Assembly: GCA_000165425.1 (NCBI GenBank)
Contig: CT868596.1
Coordinates: 1 to 64,000 of the forward strand
Direction: 5' to 3'
Origin: Paramecium tetraurelia
Lineage: Eukaryota
Length of the DNA stretch: 64,000 bases
Shown here: in pieces, positions 13,600 to 28,066 of the stretch
Layout of the letters: each line of letters starts with the position of its first letter
How positions within the stretch are numbered: the first letter of the stretch is position 1
Made by a program: the position numbers and the translations under genes
Notes under the pieces: model-generated
The model's database searches: none
Told to the model about the DNA's origin: nothing
The model's input: the letters and a program-made list of their open reading frames with translations, nothing else

Positions 13600-14412
13600 G
13601 GTAATTTAAGAATCAATGTTATGGTGCATTACTATATTAAACTGTTGCATATACATTAATAAATATGTTCAAAAAAATGAATTTAAAGCATTTTCATAGC
13701 AAATGAAGTACTTCCTCTGAATCTTTTGTCGTAGTTCATTAGAAACTAAAATGCAATTACTAATTACTTTACTGGTTCTCTCTATTGTTTGATCCTTAAA
13801 CAATACAGATCATTGTGAACAGAGCATCCAAAATCAGGAATGATGCCATCACTAGACAATAATTGAGAGCCAGACTATCTGCATCCTCATCTAAAAAAAA
13901 TTAAGCGCATAACTTTCGAATCTATGAGTAACTGATTATTGTAATGATTGTCAGAACGCTGCGACACAAAAAAAGAAATGATGAAAATATCAAATAAAAA
14001 GTGACTATTTTTTGAGATTTGAGTTCTGCTCCGAATATCCCATTACAACAATTTATGATTCTCAAAAAATGAATGATGTCTATCAACACCAAGTAATAGA
14101 GGATCCCAAAGTTATCTGGGTCCTATTGTAATTCTTCGAAGTATATGAATGAATGATAGGCCTCTATATTTACCAATGATACCATGTTGTATATGGATAA
14201 CACCTTGAAATATCTGATAATAATACAATAAGGATTGAGTTTGCCAGACTAAATAAAGTTCTTTTGGCTTTCAATTTTCGATCCTCATTCACAATTATTC
14301 TAACCAAGTCTTTGTGGATTTGCTTTTCATCTCTATCATGCATTTCAGAGGCAAAAGATACTCCTTGAATCTATCTCATGATTATCTGATGTTCATCCTC
14401 AATCTTATTCAT
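13600..14412 (-). pseudogene. Probable degenerate TBC (RabGAP) gene
   Basis: ATG 14412 reads MNKIEDEHQ...DEKQIHKDLVR (IxxDxxR-like). A Y.QG-like segment (tatttcaaggt) follows in a shifted frame, then TGA stops. The 3' end is approximate. Confidence 0.4.
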
Positions 14413-14474
14413 ATATAAATAATCATAAACATTGATTGTAAGGTAATATTCTAATTTTAAAAATTATTCAATAT

Positions 14475-15848
14475 ATGCAAAAGTAAGTTTATCATCATAA
14501 TTAAGAGAGGAAATAGATAGGGCACTAAAATATTTCTGTTTCAAGTATACATATTACAACGTATTTGCTTTGATATTTTCATTATTTCAATATGATTTAC
14601 TCCCATTTGCTCTACCAATTGGATTACTGATTATTCAAGAAGTTATTTGTTGGATTTGCTTTTCTAAAAGAAATCTCATATTGTCACTGCAACATATGCT
14701 TCAAGTTTTGGCAGCCATTTTTATAATAATTCTCTATTATATCGATTTGTATTACTATATTTTTGTAAACTTGTTTGTTGTTTTCACAACATTCCTTGGA
14801 ATCAAATGGAGTTGCCAATAAGATAATTAGCATGAATATTCGACTATCTTTAGATATGTAAAAATATATATAAATCATATTAATAGCTCCAAGGGTTTTA
14901 TAGTATTTCAGTATTGATTGCTTCATTATGTGTGACAATTAAACTCAATCAATTAGTCAATTGGACTTGGTCCTAAACCTTTTGGTGGTATTGGATGTAT
15001 TTAAGTGCTCTAATAGGCAGTGCCTTTACACTATTAATGATCCTAATTACTAAATTAATTAATTAATTCTACTACCATAGAATATCTCTCCACTCGAATG
15101 AATGTAAAACATCAGTCTTTATTTAGATAAAACCTTGGTTTGGTCTTTTTATCTTTTTTCAATGACCAGCGTCTTATCTGGTATATGGATAATAAATACT
15201 TTCAATCTAGTGGGAATGAATCTAAAATTGGATATTGGAATCATTGTATTTGGTATACTTATTGGATTCAATTTGGTTGTGTTTGCAGGAACTCTTTTTA
15301 TTTTGAAAGACATTTCCATATTCTTAACTACCTTCCTGAACGCTGATTACCCACAAAGAGAATTACCATGTAGTCCCAGAATGGATGAAATTAGAGTCAA
15401 ACAAGATTTGAAATCTCCAATATTATTGAAAAAATTGTCATCTTCATATTTTCGTTTAGTAACTTCATAAGAATTCTTAATGTATGCTAATACTAATAAA
15501 GAAGAACTATTTACTGAAAGAGCCAATAATCTGTCATAAAATATAATTAGAGATGTTAATTAGGAAATTAAAAGAATCAAAAAGTCAAAGTAAAAAACAG
15601 ACATAGTTCTTGAAACTCAGAAAACGTAAGCTGCTAGTATTTAATGCATTATTTGTTGTGAAAAACAAGCCAATGCAGTATTGATGAAATGTGGTCATGG
15701 TGGTATATGTTACGAATGCGCGTTTGAAAGTGCATAAAAAAGCAGGGAGTGTTTTCTTTGTAGATAAAGAGTCATAGAAATATATGAAATTGATTAAAAT
15801 GAATAAGGCAATTATCTTAGAGTCTATAGTAAAACTAGAATTATTTGA
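14475..15848 (+). CDS. Multi-pass membrane protein with C-terminal C3HC4 RING finger (E3 ligase-like)
   Basis: Several hydrophobic helices, then CIICCEKQANAVLMKCGHGGICYECAFESAQKSRECFLCR. Intron immediately after the start; TGA at 15846-15848. Confidence 0.85.
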
Positions 15849-16159
15849 TTTCCTTATTTTATATATATTTAGATAGAAATTATATTTTACTTTATCAAGA
15901 TTCTATGGAATCATTCTATTTTCAATATAAAAAACAAATTATCGAATTAAATTTAATTTTGCAATTGAAATTAAAAATTAAAGTTATAATGGCTAATGCC
16001 AAATTTGAATAAAAGATCTTCTTATGGTTAAATAGATATTTTGAAATTAATCAAGAGAATTTACAGAATGATAACTCGATTTAACTATTTGGAATACATA
16101 AGGACATTAAGTACTATGACAATATAATTATTTATGAATGATATTAATTAAAACATTGA

Positions 16160-18452
16160 TCAATTTAATTCTTTTTGTTTTGATTCTTAATTAATACACT
16201 GAAGTCGAATGTCTCTAAATTATGTCAGTAATTTCTAAATATCCAAGAACTCTTCTGTTTCCATTTACTTTTCTTATTATAAAGACTAAATTTATGTATT
16301 TGAAACATTCTTTAGTCTTTATCTAAGCATATTAAAGGCTGGTCCTTATGGCAATAGCATCATTAGGCCAAACAAACACTTCATTAAAAAGGGGTGAGAA
16401 TCATATTCCAACAATTATAATCTTAAGACTTTAATATTTATTTATATTACAGATGAATACTGGTGTTTCTAGCACATTAATTAATTGGGCTATTTCTAAT
16501 AAGATGTATTAATTGACTTCCACTTCTGAAAAACTAATTATTATATTATAGGCCAACTCATATTCTTCAGAAAGTAAACATAATGTTATCACACTCATAG
16601 AATTGTAACAAAATGTTCTGTAGAGTGTTTCAAAGATTTCTTAATTATGTTATCTTTATTTCTCATCTTTTTCATGCTTCAAATTTCTAAGTATGTTTCT
16701 AAGATTTTAAAGTTCTTTTTCTGAAATCAACAAGGTAGTTAATGTCTAAACAGTATTACTGATGAACAACACGTCATTATCTGAGTATATTTCCAATAAT
16801 TTAGCTGTTATTGTGAAATAGACTTTTTATGGATTAAGTAGAGAACATAATTTTTTAAATATTTAATCGCCTTTCTTTTCAGATTATTCTTAATTTTTAT
16901 GAAGCATAGTCAATATTTTATCGATTACAATTTCAAAATATTGGCTATGCATTGATATATTTGCTAACACATCCATAATGTTTTAGACAATAGCGGATTC
17001 CGAATCTGCCAATTTATCAATGAGCTAGTTAATTTAAATAAAAATACTTTTGTTAATATATCTTCGATAGTTGGAAAGAGAGACTCAGAATACGTTTCTA
17101 ATAAGTGTTTCATCCATATCAATGCGGATTCAGCTGTATTGCTTTTTTTATCAGTTAGCATCTCCTTTATAGTTGGCACAATGTTCATAAATTCTACAGA
17201 CTAATTTTTGACTCGTTCCATGACTTTTAGTAATAATTCATTTGTTTTCTAAGCAGCCTTCCTAATCTCTTCTTCTTCATGAGAAAGTAAAATCAGAATT
17301 GGACCCAATATTTAGCTTAAACTGTTCAAGATCGTTTTTCTTAAAGGTGATTCAAACCCTCCTAAATATTATTGCATTTAATTCTTAGAAATTGGAGAGG
17401 TATTGCTTCTCAAATACTCCTCTTGCTTTATGTGGGAGGTTGAATGTTGTAATCCCAACTTCCCTTTTTATTCCTCTTCCAATTCTTATTAAAACACTCT
17501 TAAATATTCAAAAATCCAGAGTAACGAATTTAATTTGGCATAATTGTTTTGATTTCCTTTCATTTAACAAATCTTTAACAAAATTTCTATGATCTATTCA
17601 TTTACTCTCTAATCCAAATTCACTTTTATTTCTACTTATTTCAAGAACTCATTTGCTTATAAGTCAGCACCATTACGAACCTCTCTAGTAATACTCATTC
17701 ATTTTACTTGTTTGATTCTCCTAACATCATGAAGATGCCTTCCAATATCATGGGGAAATATATGTACAAATCATTATTGTGACATTGATTCAAGACCTTT
17801 ATCCATCCAAGTAGGAATTGTCGAACAGATGTCACTCTCGACTTCAATTTACTCTATAATTAGGTCATAAAAGAGTTTAAGTTAAAATAACATGTTTTTC
17901 CTGGATCTGAAAATCTCTCCTGGACTGCTATTTGAACTTGGGTCTTTAATTATGCATCCAGCAAGAACATGGCTTAAACAATTTAATTATCTTGTTCTGC
18001 TGATCTTCCCAATTGTTAATCAAATATTTCATTAAAATTAAGAAGGATCATTGTTTTCATAATTTTGGTCAATTACAATAAACATTCAACAGCATATTAT
18101 CTGGCCTTGTCTTCTTTATCATTTAAACATTCCAAGATTGGTTACGTCAGGTCTTTGACACACCTTTCAGCCAATTGTGGAAACTATATATGAAAATCGC
18201 ATTTACTTCCTTCACTAGAATTTCAGCCACTGTCTAAATGGCAAACATCCCTTATCTTTTTAGGTACAATTGGGAAGATGATGTAAATTTGATTTTTAAA
18301 GTTTCTATTATTTATTTGATCAACAATTCCTTCCCGCTTTAAGCATAGGATTAAACTAATGATTTTAATTATTGGCATCCCTATTGTTTCTTATCCTAAC
18401 TTTTATCATACAGGAGTTTGATGATTTATTGAGGTACAACATTGTCATCCAT
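16160..18452 (-). CDS. VAC14: VAC14, HEAT-repeat scaffold of the PIKfyve/Fab1-Fig4 complex
   Basis: PILECLNDKEDKARQYAVECLLQLTKIM...FNEIFD near the N-terminus; C-terminal Fig4-binding-type motifs LCLLSEEYELAY, LETPVF..LRLQLLE and LFGLMMLLPQGPAFNMLRQRL. Confidence 0.92.
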
Positions 18453-18681
18453 TAGAATATATAAGTTTATTATTAAATTTCATAATTTAAAGTGAAAATG
18501 CATCATTTGAATACAATAATTAGTAAATATAAATTATCTTCTATAATCGTTAAAATAACAAACTGCTTTAAGATTGGAATTCAATTGTAATATATTTTTG
18601 GTTCTTTGTTCTATCTCGTTAATATTATAATGAGATCTCAAATTAATGAGACAATTTTGTTATAAAATAATTTCAATAAAA

Positions 18682-21600
18682 ATGAATTGGAAAATTTTAG
18701 GGGACTTAATTAGTTTAATCATCCAAACCAACCTGTCACCTTCCCTAAATAATTCATTTTTTACTAGTTTTCAAATTACATTTTATTACCTGCAATTAAC
18801 ATACTTTTTGGTGAGTGAAAATCATGAATACATCTATCGCCTGATTAATGGTTTATCTGAAATTAGTTTAATCACGCCAATATTTATAGATTCATACGCC
18901 ATAAACATGTTAATTGGAGTTATCATAATTTTGATAAATGTTGTACCTTATATCATTATCACATACAGAAAGATTACTAATACAAATCATAACATCTCGA
19001 AAAGCCTTTTGCAAGTAAGAATATTAAATATATAATGAAGATGACAACAATGATAGTGAATTACTATTTTCTTTATTTTTCATGGTTTTTATATTTGCCA
19101 TAACTCTACTACGTAGGTTGGAATTACATCCATTCAAGTTCTTCACTCCTAATTCTAGCATCAGTGGTGTTAATAGTTACAATTCTAAGTCTTATAATTT
19201 CAAATGTCTATTTTATTAATTTTGAATTCAACGAACAACATTTGAGAAAGCATTTTTCATATAGTGACCTATTGGCATAATTGTTAATGATACCAATGGC
19301 TCTCCTATACTTGAATAATGATAGCACAACTCAACTTATCAGTAGGATTCTCCATGGTTTAATACTAATTATTCAGATCTATGATGCATACTTCTCATTG
19401 CCCTTAGGGTAAGATACTAAAATAATATTTTAGGTTTTCTGCATCAGGTTTCACACTAAATCGAGCGTTGATGACACATTCAGTAATTTTTACATTCTCT
19501 TCAATTAAAGCTCTCAGCACTGCTAGTCCTTATAGCTTAGCCACAATTATGTTGATAATGCAACCTGTAGTCTAATATTTGTTTTAAATTCTTTTTGAGA
19601 GTAAAAGATCAAATGTCTATATATCTAGCAATATCACTAAAAATCAATATTACGACTTGCTTTATATTGAAGATTTTTTTGAATTAAGTTAATTGGCATA
19701 GAAGAACAAACAAATTGAAATTGAATTTATTTAAAAATTGGTTCTACACACAAATAAATGTAATTCAACAAAATGTTAATGTCGGAAGATTGAACCCTAA
19801 AATATTCTACAATTCAATTAAATTGTTATAATGATATCATGCTTATTTAAGGGAAGCTTTGAAAAATATAAACACAATTAATCAAACTTAAGAGTGTTTG
19901 AAATTTTTAGTCTCAAATTCTTAACATTCATTAACAAATACAAGCACAATGCACCAAAAAGTTATTAGGAATTAAAGATTTTATTTTAAAAAAAGAGAGA
20001 CTACTCATTCTATTTTATCTAAATGTGTCTTGTATTGCAATAGATTTTGTAAACATAGTTAAGGAAAGATGAAGACTACAATATTAATAAGGATACTCGA
20101 GTTTCTAATGTGAAATTATAAGTGAGTAAAAGTGAACACAGCATTGTCTAAGATCTATATTAAATGGAATAAGTCAAAAACAATATAATACCGTTATTAG
20201 TATAAGTAGGGTAATTTAAATTGTAGTTTTGGAAATCTTTCAAAGAAGGTAAATTTTCAGAATATTCTTAAATTGAGAAAGAAGTGAGAAAATTGTAATC
20301 ATTGAGAGACAACCTGATTTTTTAGTTTAACGTGTATCAACCCATGTTTTATCATAATGGGAGAACCTTCAATGTTTAATTTCTAAAGTTTAATGCTTTG
20401 ATTAATCTCCTCCTATTTAATAACCTAAGAAAGTACTTTGAAATGGAGAAAGGTAAATAATGTAATTAATGATATAATAGAAAGGAAGGAAATCTTATAA
20501 TTTGAAAAAAGCATGAATTCCTTTGAAATCACGAATATCAATTTCTTTAAAGGAGAAGCCATCTCTGTAAAAGTGTGCATAGCATTTGGCCCCAATATTG
20601 GAAAAGTGATGAATAAGGTGATCTCTCCTTTGATTCCAAAGTTCTTTGGATTTGGCCATTTCCAACATCCACTTAATTAGTTTATTGATTATACTAAGGG
20701 CAACATAAATCAGTTAATGCCAGCTTGGCTTGAACCAGTTCACGATGAAATGATGCAAAATTATATTAGAAGAGGTGTAACAGCAAGGATAGGAAAGTAT
20801 TTCTAAACCTTTGCGAAGCTATATGATAAAACATTGATTAAGTGTCAAGTCTATTTGGCTCATAATTTCAGTTAAGAATTGGAAGATGATTTTACAATGA
20901 TCGGATGTCTTAAGTCCCTTGAGGAAGAATAACCTAAATTTATAGGGGAAGATGGAAAACGATTGAAAAATGTAGCATTCAAAGGGTATTAGCATGTATT
21001 GTTTGATTTGAATGGAAATATCATTGGAATTACTAGGGGGCTATATAAAATGATAGAGAAAATGTAAAGGTTAGTAGTTAATAAGGGAACGTATCATGAA
21101 ATAGATGAATTTAAATCAAGCAATAATATATCAAAATCTGAATCTTCATAAGAATCTGAGAGGTAAATGTAATTAATATGATAAGTTATAATGCATTCGA
21201 TTAAAAATGGTCCAATATTGAATTATCAATCGATGATTTCTACCAGAAAGTGTTAATTTGGATGATTTTACCATTTATTTCTAGGGAAATAGAATCAACT
21301 GGCATAGAATTCTTGATGAATGGATAAATTCCTCCAAAAAATCGATATTAGAATTTAACTGATTTAGACATCAGTAATCTTTTAGTGTAAAATAAAGAAA
21401 CCTATTTATTTATCCCAGAAGATATTAATTTATTTGTTTAATAATATGAAAAAATACTGTAAAAAATATTTGATGATGTAAGAGTCTAATCAAATAACTT
21501 TTCCTAAGGAAGTGCTTATAAGGTTTCAAAAAGTGAAAATTATGAAATTGATCAATTCAATGCAGTAAATATTTTTAATGAAAAATTATGTGCATTCTTT

Positions 21601-24405
21601 TATGATGAACATTTGAAAAGACATTAAACACTTAATTTTGGTCAAACCAGGTAATCTGAATTGCCCAAAACTTAAGGTAAACCATCATCTCGATCTTCAA
21701 TACAAGAAAAACAATTAACAAATTCTGAAAGTTAAGAGGACAGCGAGTAATTGAAAACAAGAGCAGAAAGAATCTATCAAGACCGATATTCAAGATACAT
21801 AGAAAAATTTTCTCCATAAGATTTTCATCCTGTTCCGGTCATGTATTCTGTAAGTTATGAAGAATTTCGCTATAGAAAAAATGAAATTGATCAAAAATAA
21901 TAAATATTTGTTGTTGAATTGGTAGTAAATGAGTAATAACTACTGAATACAGAAAAGGGATATAGAAGACAATTGAGAGATACAATTAAGTAAATATATC
22001 AAAATTATCAATCAAAAAAGTAATTATTAGAATAATAAACCGATGAAGAAGAATCTATAAGTTTATAAGCTAATTTTAGTGAAGAGAAAAGTGTAAATGA
22101 TAAAGATATTAAAAATTATCAATTTCCTTCTCATCCTTCGCCCTATTTTGATGATGCATACACTTTTGAAAATAAAGAAGTCTTGATTACTGATTAAATT
22201 TTCAGTCCCAAGTAAGATGATAAGGGTGATTTTTTTTTGTTAAGTAACCGATCAAAATAAAGCAAACCTTTGTTAGAAATAGCTGAAAAAAACAGTAAAG
22301 AAACCAAAAGAAAGAATTAAGCTTCTATGCAATCAGAACATAGTGTAGAGGATGCATAATTTAAAGGGTCAAAACTCAATATTACAGAAAAAGAGATTGC
22401 ATAAAGTGTGTTTATTAAATTCAGTTAAAGAAAGTAACAATAATAGTTTTATAACGAAAACGAGTCTAAATTACCTTAAGAAAGCAAAGATACTTAACAA
22501 TAGGTGTTTGAAGAGTATTAAGTAAAATATTCAGAAAATTTAAAATTGTTTGAAACCTAATACAATCTAGTTTAAGCCTAACTGAAAATTATAAGTAATC
22601 CATATTCATATAGAATATAGAAGTATTTATTTTCAGCTACTTTTATTCTGATAGTTTGTTTTATCATGCTTATTTCAACATCCACTTAAGGATTATATGA
22701 TTTGACTGATTGCCTTAATTTAATTGAATTAATGATTACAACGCAAACTTCATTCTCATAAATTACACATAGTCTATATCACAATGAAATAACAAATCAA
22801 CTACAAATCAAAGATATGGAAGTTTTGAAATAGTTTTATTCCAATTAATTTTTTGGTTAACTCCAAGAACTAATCAACATATAAAATGATTATGCAATTA
22901 AGTTTAATTAAGCCAACTTATACGTTGAACAATTTTATGACATCGAAAATAGAATTTAATAAAATACATCTTTATCAGAAGTAATCCAATTAAGTCTCGG
23001 ATAATTCTACAAACTTAAACAAAATAATAGTAACCATTCAAATGTACTCGATGCTTCTCTGACATCTTCAGCAGTTGCTAATCTCAAAGAAATTGGAGAA
23101 CTTCCTTTAAAGGCTCACCAATCATGCTATTAAGAAAACCTTAATAATTACACATACTTTCAAAACATACTTATTGTCTTTATAGCAGTTACTTTTTTTT
23201 TGGTAATGATGTTATAATTTACTTAAATTCCTCTCATTTCAAAATTAAGGAGAAATCACAGAACTCTCTATAAAGAAATCATTTCAATTTAACCTTCAGA
23301 AGTGAATGATGAAATTGAAATTTATGATGCAGTAGTCAACACATTGAAAAAATCCATCTATGAGTGGATGCTTATAGATTTTGTATAGGAAACCTAAATG
23401 TTTGAAATCAATAGACAAAGAAGGTCTATTGCTCATACTCCAGGGTTAAAAAGGATAGATAATCCTGATCTTGGCACATCTCCTAATTCAAATAAAAAGT
23501 ATAAAAATAAGTTAATGGAAAAACTAAAAAAATCTAAAATGAATTAAAACAAATACATTACAATATTATTGGCTGGACTCCTTGTAATTTTAGCATATTT
23601 CCTGGTCGTCTTTTTTATAATCTTGATGCTATCAAAAGATATCATTTCCAACATTGATATTATATTCTAATCTAAGTTGGCACAATCCTCCATCATTAAT
23701 TTAATGAATAATTTAGACTTATTAGCTTATTCGACTCTATCAAACGGTATTTATAATAACATTATGAATATCAGTCAATTTAAAGCTTATTCTGCAATTC
23801 TAAATGACAACTCAACTGATATCTTTTTTGAGAAATACAAGAATTAATTGCTTTCAACTTTCGTGGATGAATCATTATATAATAACTTTAACATTTTGAA
23901 TGAGAAAAACATTTGCACAAAGGAAGTAGGAATTGATTGCTCATTAACTGATACTATATCGTTAAATCCTGGAATGCTTGCTTATTTTGAATAAGGAATG
24001 AGATCTCTCTTAACTCAAGTAAGTACGATTATAGCCCAATACCCATAATTTTATGAGACTGATAACGTTGTAAATTCTGAGTAAGTTTTCATTGAGTTTT
24101 ACAATAACTAAAATCATATGCTATACATTGATTATGGAAGTGAAATATTAATCAAAGCTTATAAATAACTCCTCAGTATTGAAAAAGATTTATATAATGA
24201 ACTGTTAGATGTATATAAAAAACTATTGCTCGTTTTCACATTAAGTGTTGGTCTATTTGGATTGATTATAATTTTCTTCTTAGGAAGATATTTGCTGAAA
24301 ATGTAAAAGGATTCTATCGAAACATGTCTAACAGCTATACTACTTGTATCTCCAAAAAGATATCTAAGTAAATAATTAGGCTTGATCATCCAAAAGGAAT
24401 TATGA
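18682..24405 (+). CDS. Large polytopic membrane protein with PAS-like domain (TmcB/TmcC-like ciliate family)
   Basis: N-terminal TM bundle, PAS-like segment FFGF...INQLMPAWLEPVHDEMMQNYIRRG, long Q/E-rich linker, then further TM pairs; TGA at 24403-24405. An in-frame upstream ATG exists at 18646. Confidence 0.75.
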
Positions 24406-24512
24406 TTCATGCTCACCAGACATATTGATTAGATAACAGTTTAATCCAATTCTTTTATATTTATTTTTATAAAGTTTATTCATTCTAATTAAATTAAAAA
24501 AGAAATTAATAA

Positions 24513-26150
24513 ATGAAACGCGCCTCATCTCTAACTAAATAGTCTTCACAGACATCCAAAATTAGTACTCAAACCTCCTTTAAATAAAATCAAAAATATC
24601 AAAATGTAAAATCAAAGTACAAAGAACCAAAAAAGATTCCTGGATCAACACCTTATGATCCAACAAACAGCTCTGGCAAATTATCTGCAATATCATAAAA
24701 TCTATTTAGAATCGTAATTAGATTTAGTATTGCGAATTTTGCTGATTATATCAATTTAAGGTAAGTATGTTAAAGATTTTTTTATGAATTGGAATCCAAC
24801 ATTCATAATTTTTAATACATAAATTCTGCATAATTGCAGAATGTCAAGTAAGTTGTAGAATAGTTAAAAGTGATACATTTTAACTAATAAATTAATCGCT
24901 ATTCAACTTTTCATGAAAAAATGAACTCTATGTTTTAATATGGAGCTACCAAATTAAATTTGCCTGATAAATTAGTTGAATCCCTTTAACTTAATGTTTA
25001 AAGTGCAAGGGTAAACAAAAAATAATTCACTCCTTAAATACTCTTTAGGAAATTAAATTTTGCATCTCATTTATACTTCAAAATCTTATTAGATGGGATC
25101 CCTATAAATATGAAGAGCGATACTTATGATAGCATTCAAGTTTACTTCAAGATAGAATCTAAATATTTGAATTTATCAAAGGAGTTTATGAAAACCTATG
25201 AATGTTAAGAGATTCTAAAAAAATCAATTAATTAAAAAGCATTTACATATATGACCGATGGTCATTATTTATTCACCTATTTTGAGAATGATAAATAAAT
25301 GTTATATTTTTTATGGGAAAATTCAACTGTAGATTTAATGTATTATTTTTGGAAATAATTAAAGTAAAAGTACTTTTGGGTAAACAAAGGACTAATCTAA
25401 AAATAGTATAAATCAATTATGGAATAAAGATCCAAATAAAATTTGTAAAATTCAAGAGCCCTTTCAGAATCAAAATAGAAATAATAAATAGATGAAGATA
25501 GTGATGATGAATACATATCATTTTAATTGTAGAAATAAACAACTTTAACATTGCCTTAAATAAAATCGCCTTAATAATAATAATAATAATAATAACAACA
25601 ATAATAACTTCCTCCTAAACCAAAAAAAAAAGTATCAACATTTTTAAAAACAAAAGTTATTTAAAATAAGATCTAATATGCATCAATGAAAGATTATATG
25701 TATGATTAATAAGATTTTGAATTGATGATCAATATTCATACAGGAATAAAAGGATAAAATTTATTTTACTTTGTAGATACAAAAGCAATGCCAAAATTGG
25801 ATGAAGATTGTTTATATTTCACATATAAAATGAAAGAACATATAAATCTTTCATATAAATTTTATTTAGATAATAAGTTAGGAATGAAAGAAGCAGTTGA
25901 AAATTTGTTTTTATGTGATATAACTTTTAAAGATAGAGACGACTTTAGAATACTATTTAGTGGATTTGTATAAATGTTTAATGAAGATACAACATCAGTA
26001 GCTAAATAATATGATGTCTCTTATATGGATGTAAAAGAGTGGAGGTCTCTTAAGTTGTGGAATGAAAATAGGTTTGAATTAGTAATTTTATTTGGTACCT
26101 AACCTTCAGTTATTAAACTATTAGAACTCAAACTAATTGATATAAATTGA
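24513..26150 (+). CDS. Hypothetical protein with F-box-like motif and polyQ tract
   Basis: Uninterrupted table-6 ORF. KLSAISQNLFRIVIRFSIANFADYINLRQVCQRF resembles an F-box; Q12 at 25572-25607. Confidence 0.7.
25572..25607 (+). repeat. (TAA/CAA)12 trinucleotide repeat encoding polyglutamine
   Basis: TAAx8 CAAx2 TAAx2 in frame between ...KSP and LPPKPKKK. Confidence 0.9.
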
Positions 26151-26210
26151 TTAATGTTCTTATTAATAAATAATAACGACTTGGAAAACTATCAATAAAA
26201 TAAATATTTG

Positions 26211-27793
26211 TCATTTATTTCTCAATTTTGGAAGTCTAAAATAAGCCTAGTTTTGTTCAATCCTACTATCGATTTTAGTTGAGATCTAAGTCCTTCTATT
26301 TGTAGTTTCCGTTTTCATTTTAAAACCTGGCACTCTTTTTTCAGTCGACAATGGTCTAGTTTTACATCATGATTTACTTGTGATCACTTTTTTTGTCAGA
26401 TCTAGATAAATCATAGCTTTTGAGGTAATATTTATCTTCATTATCCTCGTCCTCTTAAATTAAATCAGCAGGTTTGAATTCATCAAGTAAAATTAGTTTT
26501 GGATCTAATGAGTCCAACTTTTCCCAATTCACAATTTAATGAGAGTTAGCATATAACCCATCTTTTCTTAGTTTTCTTTCTTTATAGCTGCTTGTTTTCA
26601 CATATAATGGTTCAAATAGAGTTGATCTGGATCTAGACTAATTAGTTTGAACTATTAATTTCTCTCTCAACTATTCCTATTTACTTTTTTTCCAGTCGTC
26701 TATTAATAGTCTTTTTGATTTAAGTTAATCTGTTGAATGATTTTCATATCTTTAACAAGATAGACCTTCAGGTTTACGAAAACCTGGTTGATCCTTACTA
26801 TTGAAAGGAATGTAGAGAGATTTGAATTATTTTCGAAATTCTTAAGTATCTACTTTCATGAATTTATAGAGTAAATTCTCGGCTATTTTAGGTTCTTTAT
26901 CGAACATTAATTATGAAAGCTCTTGTAATAATTGTAAAAAACTCATGTAAGTAACTTCGTTTTAATTTTTGTTTACTCTTCTGAATAAGTTATTCTAATG
27001 AATTATTTAAATTAAATACTAATTCTTTGAAAGATAAATACTTAGCCTTCACATTATTATCGTTATGAATAGTATTTTTAATAAGAATATTAGAATTGGG
27101 AGGCAGAATATTGTTTGATAATTTGCTAGTTTCATCTATTTTAGATTATGTCTTGATGTGATGAATCCTCTTTTCCAACAATCCAAATTGTCTACAGAAA
27201 ATGATGAATTTGCCCTCTGACATTGTATTTGATTCATGATTAATTCTATTGAAATCATCAGAAGGGCCACGAACATAGGATATCTTTGAATAAAATTTAT
27301 ATATTTCTTTAAGATGAGCTTGTATCTTAGAATTGGAATAGAAAGACTCATCAGTTTGATTCTACTCTTCAATCAAACTAATTTCTCCAAATTTACTATT
27401 ATTAACAGTGATTGGATCCAAAGTATTAAATTTTAATTTATCCAACTAAGTTTCAATAGATGACATAATGCGTTTGACAACTCCCTTGTCTTTTTGATGT
27501 GTGATTTGGGTTTCAATTATTTTGTACCTTTCTAATTATTATTCTAAGTATTATGATATGTTAACATATTCATTTTAAGCTTTATTTTGGTTTTAAAATT
27601 CATCTTATTTTAATTCGCTTTATGCTTATTAATGTCCAAATGCAAATAACTATTTTTTGGTTTCTTCCTTTTTTTATCTATCTGTTCGTTGGTGGATTCC
27701 AGTCTAATTTAATTTGACATCTGTTTATTAGGGTGTATTTAATTAGGTTTTTTCCATCTGCTTATCACTTAGATTAAAATTTTAGTTTAGCAT
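26211..27793 (-). CDS. Hypothetical protein with p25-alpha/TPPP-like segment
   Basis: ORF from MLNQNFNLSDK. Contains IYKFYSK...MSEGKFIIFCRQFGL and LFRRV..NEVTYMSFLQLLQELS. A 22-nt intron near 26355-26378; stop at 26211-26213. Confidence 0.65.
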
Positions 27794-28066
27794 TAATAAA
27801 TAGAGAGTAAATGAAATTTTATTTATTATTAAATCAATTGACACTCTGTCTAATCATTATGTTAAATATATTAATGAATTATGTTTATATTTGTTAGTTT
27901 TATATATTACATTCAAAAAAATCGAACTCAACAGTGTAAAAAAATGTATGATAATATTTTAACCAAGTGCTAAACAAACTGGAAGCGGACTTGAAAAGTG
28001 GTCAGGAAGGAGGAGATCGTAATTAATAAGCTTTATTCTTAATATAATTGATAAATGAATAAATTA

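Noticed and set aside
16281..16320. 10-bp inverted repeat aaagactaaa...tttagtcttt
   Set aside because: Lies within the VAC14 CDS, is AT-rich, and is plausible by chance.
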